NCBI GenBank assembly: GCA_043817235.1
Contig: JBDRHA010000011.1
Coordinates: forward strand, 260,622 to 324,621
Direction: 5' to 3'
Length of the DNA: 64,000 bases
Origin: Candidatus Shapirobacteria bacterium
GTDB lineage: Bacteria > Patescibacteriota > Microgenomatia > UBA12405 > BS750m-G30
The notes beneath the pieces were generated by a model. That model searched no databases. It was not told the DNA's origin and saw only the letters and a list, made by a program, of their open reading frames with translations. Shown here piece after piece: positions 57,458-64,000 of the stretch (the stretch's first letter is position 1; each line of letters starts with the position of its first letter). Position numbers and translations under genes: made by a program.

Positions 57458-58252
57458 ATGCGATTTAAGGTTGACAAAAAGTTAATTTTTCTTATTTTCT
57501 TTGGTGTTTTTGTTTTTTCTCTTCTGCTTTCGATTGTTGTTTTTGTTCGAGTCAATGGGTCTTCTCGGCCGGAGTCTTTCCTGTCGATCAAGACTACTCC
57601 TTCCTTAAAGCCGACTTATTCTAATATTTATGATTCTAAGAAAAACCAAAGTGAAGAAGAAATTGCCCAAGATTGGGTTATTTTTGAAGAAAACGCTGAT
57701 TTTTCGATAAAAATAAATGAAGCATATCCGGACACCCGAGAAGTAAAAATTACGATAATTTCCAAAGCTACGAAAGAAGAATATCCCGTTGAGGATCGGC
57801 TCCCAGCTTGGGGGGTTGCAATTTTATCCAATAGCGATGACCAAAGATTCGTTCTCCTTTCTTGTGGAACTTATATCAACAGAGCTGCCCTGGCGATTGA
57901 TTTAATTCAGAAAAAATTAATCACTTCTCCATTCACTGTTACTACTGGGATTAAAGAGCATTTATTTATTAATTCAAAACTAGTTTATAACAGTCTTGAT
58001 CCTTCGCTTGAGCTAGCCAACCGTTTTGATGGAAGTGGTGGTCGGGGAATAGCCGTTTTAGATTTGCTTACCGGAGAGCATAAAAATCTTTTCCAGCCCG
58101 ATAGTCTTAATGATTACTTTTTAAGGGAAAAAGAGGGAGACAAGATTGTAATCCTCCATCACTTTGTGACGAGTGTTTCTGACTGGGTAGAGGAAGCAGT
58201 AATCAATAAAGAAGAAATAAGACGCGATATAGCCGAGCCCCTTCTTAATTAA
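57458..58252 (+). CDS. Hypothetical membrane-anchored protein
   Basis: Start at ATG 57458 (MRFKVDKKLIFLIFFGVFVFSLLLSIVVFV). Single N-terminal TM, then a soluble domain of unknown function. An inverted repeat TTGACA-n14-TGTCAA lies just upstream (57423-57449). Confidence 0.45.
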   Translation: MRFKVDKKLIFLIFFGVFVFSLLLSIVVFVRVNGSSRPESFLSIKTTPSLKPTYSNIYDSKKNQSEEEIAQDWVIFEENADFSIKINEAYPDTREVKITIISKATKEEYPVEDRLPAWGVAILSNSDDQRFVLLSCGTYINRAALAIDLIQKKLITSPFTVTTGIKEHLFINSKLVYNSLDPSLELANRFDGSGGRGIAVLDLLTGEHKNLFQPDSLNDYFLREKEGDKIVILHHFVTSVSDWVEEAVINKEEIRRDIAEPLLN

Positions 58253-58254
58253 GC

Positions 58255-58395
58255 GATCTGCCATGTTTATCACTTGCTTCGCTTCTTTTCTTGGGTCAAC
58301 ATGATTGCCAATAATGTCAGCTCCAGCCTCAGTTAGTGAGTCAGCGATCTCTGCTCCAATGTCCCGAGAAGTTCCCGTTATAACGGCAAGTTTTC
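58255..58395 (-). pseudogene. Remnant of a short-chain dehydrogenase/reductase N-terminus (Rossmann segment only)
   Basis: Minus-strand GKLAVITGTSRDIGAEIADSLTEAGADIIGNHVDPRKEAKQV is a classic SDR N-terminus. It then degenerates. It has no proper start: the track ORF 58121..58522 runs into the tRNA. Confidence 0.3.
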
Positions 58396-58464
58396 CCCGA
58401 AGAGACCGGTATTCATGTAGCTCTGATGTAGATATAGCTCTATTCTTGATTCTACCAAAAAATG

Positions 58465-58536
58465 CTCCCCGGGTAGGACTCGAACCTACAACCCTTCGCT
58501 TAACAGGCGAGCGCTCTACCATTGAGCTACCGGGGA
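58465..58536 (-). tRNA. tRNA-Asn (anticodon GTT)
   Basis: Reverse complement is tccccggtagctcaatggtagagcgctcgcctgttaagcgaagggttgtaggttcgagtcctacccggggag. Acceptor TCCCCGG/CCGGGGA. D-arm GCTC..GAGC. Anticodon loop CTGTTAA (GTT). T-arm GTAGG-TTCGAGT-CCTAC. CCA is not encoded. Confidence 0.85.
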
Positions 58537-58554
58537 TAAATTGTTAAATGTGCA

Positions 58555-58743
58555 CTATGTTCTCGTCTTAAGAAATCTTCTTCCAAAGCCTGTTTTAAAA
58601 TACTTTTCTCTCGCGATCGCTTTCTTTATATTATTACAAGCCTCAAAATATACTAACTTAAATGGTCTTCTGTTTTTAGTCCATCCAATATATAGCTTTC
58701 GATCCTTTTGACTTTCGAGAACGTAAGCATAATAGAAAATCAC
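58555..58743 (-). CDS. Short GIY-YIG-like (YhbQ/UPF0213-like) protein, possibly internally deleted or decayed
   Basis: MIFYYAYVLESQKDRKLYIGWTKN (GIY..YIG-like) followed directly by RRPFKLVYFEACNNIKKAIAREKYFK. The segment usually between these blocks appears absent (62 aa total). Confidence 0.4.
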   Translation of the reverse strand: MIFYYAYVLESQKDRKLYIGWTKNRRPFKLVYFEACNNIKKAIAREKYFKTGFGRRFLKTRT

Positions 58744-58760
58744 TGTTGTTTACATCGCAA

Positions 58761-58820
58761 TTGAGCTACCCGCCCGCCATCACAAGCGTGAACTGCTCAG
58801 GCGTTGCGGGCGGGCAGGGG
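58761..58820. repeat. GC-rich palindromic element, copy A
   Basis: ttgagctaCCCGCCCGCcatcacaagcgtgaactgctcaggcgttGCGGGCGGGcagggg. A 9-bp inverted repeat (58769-58777 / 58806-58814). Shares ordered blocks TTGAGC, GCCCGCCATC, GTTGCGGG, GGCGGG with copy B at 60121. Confidence 0.4.
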
Positions 58821-58900
58821 ATTGTTAAAGTTCTCTTGTATTATACAATACTAGTTTTTTAAGATTCTAACTGTTTAGTTCGGTCTATTTAATCCAAGAC

Positions 58901-58929
58901 TTGACAAAGTTAAAAGACAGTATTATAAT
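58901..58929 (+). promoter_or_regulatory. Consensus sigma-70 promoter
   Basis: TTGACA (58901-58906), 17-nt spacer, TATAAT (58924-58929). It is followed by RBS AAAGGAGAG (58957-58965) and ATG at 58970. Confidence 0.6.
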
Positions 58930-58969
58930 GGGTATATATTCATTATCTAGGTATAAAAGGAGAGAAAAA

Positions 58970-59464
58970 ATGCCGAGAAGAAAAAAGACAAGAAAAATGT
59001 GTTTTTGCCCGGAGATAACTTATTTTAAGCCCAGGGGAATGCCCTTATCCGCTTTGCAAGTTACTAAGCTAGAGAATGATGAGCTGGAGGCCTTGTATTT
59101 GGCGGATTTTGAGGGCCAAGATCAGATAGAGTCAGCGAAAAAAATGGAAGTATCTCAAAGCACTTTTCAGCGAATTTTAAAATCTGCTCGAAAAAAAACA
59201 GCGTTAGCCTTAATTTTAGGCCAAGCAATATCTTTGAAAGGAGGTGAGGAAAAAATGGTTAGACCAAGAAAAGGAATGGGTTTAGGCAGAAGCGCGCCTG
59301 TTAGTGGCGGCCGCGGTCGTATGGGTGGTCCTTTAGCCGCTGGCCCAGGAGGGATTTGCGCTTGTGTAGATTGTAAGTGCGAGGCGCCTCATAAAACCGG
59401 AGTCGCTTGCTACCAAACCAAATGCCCAAAGTGTGGCGGGAAAATGGTTAGAAAAAGAGAGTAA
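58970..59464 (+). CDS. DUF134/UPF0251-family putative DNA-binding protein fused to a Gly/Arg-rich, Cys-rich C-terminal tail (DUF5320-like)
   Basis: MPRRKKTRKMCFCPEITYFKPRGMPLSALQVTKLENDELEALYLADFEGQDQIESAKKMEVSQSTFQRILKSARKK is the DUF134 pattern (sigma region-4-like HTH). The C-terminus RGRMGGPLAAGPGGICACVDCKCEAPHKTGVACYQTKCPKCGGKM has 8 Cys in zinc-ribbon spacing. The track ORF start at 58901 includes the promoter. Confidence 0.6.
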   Translation: MPRRKKTRKMCFCPEITYFKPRGMPLSALQVTKLENDELEALYLADFEGQDQIESAKKMEVSQSTFQRILKSARKKTALALILGQAISLKGGEEKMVRPRKGMGLGRSAPVSGGRGRMGGPLAAGPGGICACVDCKCEAPHKTGVACYQTKCPKCGGKMVRKRE

Positions 59465-59516
59465 GTTTAGTCGTCTTACTTGCAAAGCAAAAGGCTCTTT
59501 GGTAATAATAGAGATA

Positions 59517-60080
59517 ATGGAAAAAACACCTCCGGAGGTAAAGAGCGAAGCTTTAGAGGTAATGGCGGTTAAGGAAGAGAAAAAACTGATTTCCTGGAAA
59601 GCTTTAGCCCGGGCTTATCAAAAAAAAGACCGGGATTTTTGGGTAACGGCTTTAGCTTCAGCGGGCTTGATTTGCGTAATTTTATTTGTGATTGGCGAAT
59701 GGGGCTTGATTGCCGCCATTTTAAGTTTGATTTTCTTTTACTATGTTTTAACGACTGTCAAGCCTGAGGAAGTTGATTACCGGATTACCAATAAAGGGGT
59801 TTATTTTCCGGGAAGTGAAGAGCGGATTGACTGGGAACTTTTAAAAAGCTATTTTTTAACCCAAAAATGGGGCCATACTCTTCTTAAAATCAATACTTAT
59901 TTGCGGGGATTGACGATGCTTAGTTTAGTTGTTCCTGATGTGGAAAAAGAAAAAGTTGAGCAAGTCTTAAAAAAGTATTTGCCTGAAGGCAAAGAAGAAA
60001 AAAACGCCGCGGATAAAGTAACCCACTGGGTTTACAAGCGTCTTCCTTTTGAAATTGAAAAAAGAGTTGGAAAGAAATAA
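59517..60080 (+). CDS. Small membrane protein (two TM helices, PH-like C-terminal domain?), unknown function
   Basis: Start at ATG 59517 (MEKTPPEVKSE). Two adjacent TM helices (FWVTALASAGLICVILFVIGEWGLIAAILSLIFFYYVL). The track ORF starts at 59433, overlapping the upstream gene. Confidence 0.45.
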   Translation: MEKTPPEVKSEALEVMAVKEEKKLISWKALARAYQKKDRDFWVTALASAGLICVILFVIGEWGLIAAILSLIFFYYVLTTVKPEEVDYRITNKGVYFPGSEERIDWELLKSYFLTQKWGHTLLKINTYLRGLTMLSLVVPDVEKEKVEQVLKKYLPEGKEEKNAADKVTHWVYKRLPFEIEKRVGKK

Positions 60081-60120
60081 CTTCAAGAAATTCGATTTAT
60101 ATTGTCCATGATTGATATAA

Positions 60121-60178
60121 TTGAGCCTGTGCCCGCCATCGCCGTCCCGCAGTTGCGGGACTAGCAGGCGGGTAGCGA
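60121..60178. repeat. GC-rich palindromic element, copy B (nested hairpins), immediately upstream of tRNA-Ser
   Basis: ttgagcctgtgCCCGCCatcgccGTCCCGCAgtTGCGGGACtagcaGGCGGGtagcg. An outer 6-bp stem and an inner perfect 8-bp stem. Block-wise similarity to copy A. Confidence 0.4.
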
Positions 60179-60192
60179 TTTTATTACTGATG

Positions 60193-60280
60193 GGAGGAGT
60201 CGGATAGCGGTTCATTCCACACGCTTGGAAAGCGTGCGAGCGTAAAGCTCACGGGGGTTCGAATCCCCCCTCCTCCGCCA
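60193..60280 (+). tRNA. tRNA-Ser (anticodon GGA), class II with long variable arm, CCA encoded
   Basis: GGAGGAG tc GGA tagcggttcat TCC a CACGC ttGGAaa GCGTG c GAGCgtaaaGCTC ac GGGGG ttcgaat CCCCC CTCCTCC g cca. Confidence 0.85.
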
Positions 60281-60440
60281 ACTAGGAAATGTCTTTGTTG
60301 GCTCGCCCTCCCTGCCTCGCCGGCAGGCGGGTGCGAGGGCTCGCCAGCCGATTTTAAGCGCAAATTGGAATTTTTTATCTTTGCCCCGAAGGGGCTGGCC
60401 AAAAGCGGGCTTCCCTCATTTTTAAGACAGGAATACATAT

Positions 60441-60493
60441 GCTAACTATAGTATGTAGAACTAAAGTTAGCAACCCCATATACTATAGTTAGC
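60441..60493. promoter_or_regulatory. Candidate C-box operator upstream of the controller gene
   Basis: Inverted repeat GCTAACTATAGTAT (60441-60454) and ATACTATAGTTAGC (60480-60493), with a third GTTAGC at 60466-60471. The core ACTATAGT resembles known C-protein operator half-sites (GACT.ATAGTC-type). ATG of the C gene is at 60510 with no obvious SD. Confidence 0.45.
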
Positions 60494-60509
60494 TTTAGAT
60501 TGCAAAATT

Positions 60510-60725
60510 ATGAAGAAAACTACATTAGTAAAATTTGGTGAACGAGTAAGGCAAGAAAGATTGAAACAAGGTCTTTCTCAAGAATCATTAGCCGCAAAGA
60601 CCGGTGTTCACCGCACTTATATTGGAATGATCGAGAGAGCTGAGAAGAACATTGCTTTAGAAAATATTGAAAAAGTGGCTAATGCTCTGAAGCTGAATAT
60701 CAATGATCTACTAACTTTTGAATAG
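60510..60725 (+). CDS. R-M controller (C) protein, XRE-family HTH
   Basis: 71 aa. FGERVRQERLKQGLSQESLAAKTGVHRTYIGMIERAEKNIALENIEKVANALKLNINDLL closely parallels C.PvuII/C.AhdI-type controllers (…LHRTYVGSIERGERN.SL.NLEKIAAAL…). Confidence 0.75.
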   Translation: MKKTTLVKFGERVRQERLKQGLSQESLAAKTGVHRTYIGMIERAEKNIALENIEKVANALKLNINDLLTFE

Positions 60726-60726
60726 T

Positions 60727-61434
60727 ATGGTTGATGAAAATATCTTAAAACATTTTGGTGTTGATGAGAGCATTTTTCTTGAAGCTCTGAAATTAAGCCC
60801 TAGCGCGCAGGGCTATATTGCTGGTGCAATAAGTGAAGTTTTACTGAAGGACTATCTTGAAGCTAAGGGTTATGAGGTAATTCGCATAAAGGAAAAACCG
60901 AGCGGGGGAAATAAAGCAAAGAATTACGAGGCAAGAGGTGATTTCTACATAAGCAAGCAAGGCAACAAGGCTGATAAGTGGCTCGTGATTGAAAGCAAGG
61001 GCTTAAAAAGTAATTCTGAGTTTCGTGGTAGTAAATTGGATTCACCAGAAAAAGTTTTTAAATTTTTAAAAGTAAGGGTCTTTAATGAGTCCAAAACTAA
61101 GAAAACGACTTATCAAAGAGGTTACGCAACCTACCTAAAAGCAAAAGGAAAATGGGAACAGAAAAACCCCGGAAAGAAATTTCTAGGATTTAGTTGGAAT
61201 AAAAATTTTCCAGGCCCTGAATCTTATAACTTAGATAAAATTTGGAGCAGTGAAGATAGCTTAAAGGAGTGGGTTTATTCTTTAGATAAGAGCAGTTTTA
61301 CAGAACAAGCTTATCGAAATGTTGATGGTGCAATAGCAATTCTTGAAACACACCAACCCAGTAAAAGAGTGGGTATTAAAACTGCAATAGATCAAGCTGC
61401 TCCTTTAGTATACGATTTCAACATTTCAACATAA
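60727..61434 (+). CDS. Candidate restriction endonuclease (PD-(D/E)xK fold)
   Basis: ARGDFYISKQGNKADKWLVIESKGLK gives a D...(15 aa)...E-S-K arrangement typical of PD-(D/E)xK nucleases. ATG at 60727 lies 1 nt after the C-gene stop. No other similarity recognised. Confidence 0.4.
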   Translation: MVDENILKHFGVDESIFLEALKLSPSAQGYIAGAISEVLLKDYLEAKGYEVIRIKEKPSGGNKAKNYEARGDFYISKQGNKADKWLVIESKGLKSNSEFRGSKLDSPEKVFKFLKVRVFNESKTKKTTYQRGYATYLKAKGKWEQKNPGKKFLGFSWNKNFPGPESYNLDKIWSSEDSLKEWVYSLDKSSFTEQAYRNVDGAIAILETHQPSKRVGIKTAIDQAAPLVYDFNIST

Positions 61435-61679
61435 TGAGCGTTGATTTGTTTCTACGAACAGGAAGGCATGAATTTGTTTTTATGAATAGCCAAGAAATAA
61501 GCCACTCGCCAACATCACCAGAGCACCTATATCAAAATTATATTATTGATATTCTGGTAAAAGGTAAGAAAAATAGACCCATTATTCAACAGCCTTGGTA
61601 CTTGGATGTAGAAGGCTGTATTACTCAAACAAAGCCAATTTACAGGCCCATAGACCGTACTCAAATTGATAACAGGTAG
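61434..61679 (+). CDS. Small hypothetical protein translationally coupled to the nuclease candidate (TAATG overlap)
   Basis: 81 aa, no motif. Its position between the R candidate and the M gene suggests an accessory subunit. Confidence 0.3.
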   Translation: MSVDLFLRTGRHEFVFMNSQEISHSPTSPEHLYQNYIIDILVKGKKNRPIIQQPWYLDVEGCITQTKPIYRPIDRTQIDNR

Positions 61680-61740
61680 CAGTTGACACATTTGTGTCTG
61701 TAGGCTAACATTAAAGTGTTAGCTATTATTATTTCAAATT

Positions 61741-63786
61741 ATGAGTCAATCCACACTACCTTTATTCACTTTTTATGATGAGCCGTCTTTGAAAAGAAAT
61801 GATGGACTACTGAGAGTCTTTGAAGACATCCACAACCATATTTACGCAAATGATGGACTATCACCCGAGCAGGCACTTGAGGAAACAATAAAAGTGCTTT
61901 TCTTGAAGATTTTTGATGAAAAAAACAAAACCTTGGAGTTTAAAATTTCATCATCGGAGTATGATCAAGTCAAAGATGGGGAAACCAGCAAGGATTTTTT
62001 AAATAGGTTTCAGGATCTACAAAAAAATACTTTCAGGTTCTTTTCAAATCTTTTTGAGAAAGACGAAAAAATAAAGTTAAAAAACAGCACACTTGGGTTT
62101 GTTGTTAATAAATTACAGAACATTGATCTGCTCAACTCCTCAAATGACGTTAAGGGGCTTGCATTTCAAAAATTCATTCATTCTTCTCAACGCGTTGGGA
62201 GAGGACAATTTTTCACACCTGAACAAGTCATAAAATTATGTGTAGAGATTATTCAACCAAGAGCAAACGAGACAGTTTTAGATCCCGCATGTGGTAGCGG
62301 TGGTTTTCTTAGCTCCGCATTGCAATATGTTTCTATTAACGAGCCAAAAAAATCAAAAACGTTTGCTAAAGAAAAAATATACGGAATTGAAATTAGTCGT
62401 TCCGCCGCAAAAATCGCAAAAATGCGGATGATATTAGATGGAGATGGATTTTCTAATATTACTCAAAATGACTCATTATCTGATTGGAGCAATCTTGATC
62501 TTGAGCTGAATAAGACAGATAAGCAAGATAATAAAACCTATCGAAATTTCTTTGATGTTATCCTTACTAATCCGCCCTTTGGTACACAAGGCAAAATATC
62601 TGACAAATCAGTATTAAGAAACTTTGATCTTGGCTACAAATGGAATGGGTCGGAAGCAAATTATTTTAGGAGCGACATCTTGCTTAATGGGCAGGTGCCC
62701 GAAATTCTATTTATAGAAAGATGTTTACAGTTTTTAAAACCAGGGGGAAGAATGGCGATAGTTTTACCAAATGGTGATTTTGAAAACTCAAGCCTTTCTT
62801 ATTTACGGCATTATATCCAGAAAGTTGCGGATGTATTGGCGGTTATAAAGCTACCACAAGAGACTTTTATACCTTCCGGTACTGGAGTTAAAACATCCAT
62901 TTTATTTTTAAGGAAAAAAAATGGTGAAGAAAAGCTAGGGAAAGTATTTTTTGCCCAAATAACTAAACTTGGCTATTCGGGAAACAAGAACGGATCTTTG
63001 GTTTATAAAAAAGATGATCGCGGGAATATACTAAAAACAGCAGACGGAGAGCCTAGAATAGATGAGGATATATCTGATGTTATTTCTACTTACTTGGGTT
63101 ATAGTTTCAAGAACAATCTAAAAGAAAATGAAAATATCTTTACAGTTAATAAAAACGACATAGATTATTCGCGATTAGATTTTGAATTTTACAGGCCAAG
63201 TTATAGACAGACTGAAAAAGTACTTTTAAAAAATGGGGCACAACGGCTTGGCGATTTGGTAAAAATTAAAAAGTCAAAATCTAATAAATTAAAACAGAAA
63301 GACCGTCTTGTAAGATATGTTGAATTATCCGATATAAGCACTCAATACAATGAGATTATAAATGCAACAGAGCAACTTGTTCATGAATTACCAAGTAGGG
63401 CTTCCTACGAATTAAAAGAAGGCGAGATAATAACAGCAGTAGCAGGAAACTCTATCGGTACAAATAGTCATGCTTCTGCATATGTGACAAAGGATTATGA
63501 CGGTTGTGTATGTACTAATGGGCTTCGTGTATTTAACATCGATGAAAAAAAATTAAATCCTTTTTACTTACTATATTTTCTAAAATCAAAGTATTTTCTG
63601 GATCAGGTCTATCGATTTAGAACAGGTGCAGCAATCCCTTCTTTGTTAGATTCTGATTTGTTAAACATCCTGATTTTATTACCAAATATAAAGGAGCAAG
63701 AAAGAATTGGCGGGATAATTAAAGAAGGTTTTTTTGAAAGAAAACAGTATCAAGAGAGAATAAAAAAGATAAATATAGAAATCTAA
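61741..63786 (+). CDS. N6-adenine DNA methyltransferase (gamma-class, HsdM-like N-terminus) with fused C-terminal target-recognition domain
   Basis: Motif I VLDPACGSGGFL. Motif IV ILTNPPFG. HsdM_N-like region (LSPEQALEETIKVLFLKIFDE). C-terminal ~280 aa resemble an HsdS-type TRD (QRLGDLVKIKKSK..., ...LLPNIKEQERIGGIIKE). Confidence 0.8.
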   Translation: MSQSTLPLFTFYDEPSLKRNDGLLRVFEDIHNHIYANDGLSPEQALEETIKVLFLKIFDEKNKTLEFKISSSEYDQVKDGETSKDFLNRFQDLQKNTFRFFSNLFEKDEKIKLKNSTLGFVVNKLQNIDLLNSSNDVKGLAFQKFIHSSQRVGRGQFFTPEQVIKLCVEIIQPRANETVLDPACGSGGFLSSALQYVSINEPKKSKTFAKEKIYGIEISRSAAKIAKMRMILDGDGFSNITQNDSLSDWSNLDLELNKTDKQDNKTYRNFFDVILTNPPFGTQGKISDKSVLRNFDLGYKWNGSEANYFRSDILLNGQVPEILFIERCLQFLKPGGRMAIVLPNGDFENSSLSYLRHYIQKVADVLAVIKLPQETFIPSGTGVKTSILFLRKKNGEEKLGKVFFAQITKLGYSGNKNGSLVYKKDDRGNILKTADGEPRIDEDISDVISTYLGYSFKNNLKENENIFTVNKNDIDYSRLDFEFYRPSYRQTEKVLLKNGAQRLGDLVKIKKSKSNKLKQKDRLVRYVELSDISTQYNEIINATEQLVHELPSRASYELKEGEIITAVAGNSIGTNSHASAYVTKDYDGCVCTNGLRVFNIDEKKLNPFYLLYFLKSKYFLDQVYRFRTGAAIPSLLDSDLLNILILLPNIKEQERIGGIIKEGFFERKQYQERIKKINIEI

Positions 63787-64000
63787 CATGGCAAACCATC
63801 TACAAGAAATTAAAAAATCAGTATCATTTATTTTCGTGCCAGAAGGGGAAAATAAACTAAAGCCTAATGGAACAGGATTTTTCGTTGGGGTTAAAAATGA
63901 AGGAAACGAAGAAATTATCCAAATCTCTGCTTGAAATCGCTAAGCGAGGCGTGGAAATGGCGATAGAAAAAGATGAACAGGAAGCGGAAAAATGGATTGA

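Noticed and set aside
58121-58522. 133-aa minus-strand ORF
   Set aside because: Its N-terminal third is the tRNA-Asn gene read as protein, and its 3' part overlaps the convergent 57458-58252 gene. Only the central SDR-like segment is meaningful, and that as a remnant.
58744-58815. Possible second tRNA or tRNA fragment, because of the shared attgagctacc segment with tRNA-Asn
   Set aside because: No cloverleaf can be drawn on either strand. The D-arm-like segment sits at the wrong end relative to the hairpin. It is retained only as a repeat observation.
60184-60438. 84-aa minus-strand ORF
   Set aside because: It overlaps tRNA-Ser and the GC-rich structured region. The Gly/Pro-rich translation is an artefact of GC-rich palindromes.
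1-64000. CRISPR arrays or cas genes
   Set aside because: No direct-repeat/spacer periodicity was seen anywhere in the window. The only repeats are the GC-rich palindromic pair and the C-box inverted repeats.

Overview
This is a low-GC, gene-dense bacterial chromosome window with tight or overlapping gene junctions. Its content (rpmH–rnpA–yidD–yidC–jag–rnhA block, split transketolase, many glycan-assembly genes and secreted or anchored proteins) is compatible with a CPR/Patescibacteria-like lineage, but that is only an inference. The window appears to span the replication origin. Genes at 0.3–21.2 kb are almost all on the minus strand. Genes from 21.4 kb onward are almost all on the plus strand. 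DnaA-box-like 9-mers flank dnaA, which is followed by dnaN. The left arm carries a partial gene at the left edge, membrane proteins, comF, an unannotated tmRNA (ssrA) next to smpB, ftsH, a MOP flippase, rnhA, jag, yidC, yidD, rnpA, an rpmH the ORF track missed, a large CHAP-domain membrane protein, rplY, an O-antigen-ligase-like protein, a SpoIID/LytB-domain protein, and a 979-aa membrane protein. The right arm carries dnaA, dnaN, a transketolase N-terminal subunit, a GT4 glycosyltransferase, mutM, recF, a permease, dnaG–rpoD, uppP with a sulfotransferase, AlkD-like, TspO, and an 11-gene glycan-assembly operon (38.8–52.1 kb). That operon opens with a giant GT2–flippase–GT4 fusion and contains three GT-C enzymes, two deacetylases and a GH clan-A hydrolase. 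It is followed by a sortase with a candidate LAxTG substrate, a GH26 hydrolase and a cell-wall amidase. Next comes a decayed region (56.2–58.8 kb) of gene remnants beside tRNA-Asn. After that is a promoter-driven two-gene cassette bracketed by GC-rich palindromic repeats, then tRNA-Ser. The window ends with a controller-protein-regulated restriction–modification module (C protein, PD-(D/E)xK nuclease candidate, small ORF, N6-adenine methyltransferase with fused target-recognition domain). All calls rest on motif-level reading of the translations and the nucleotide sequence. No database search was run.
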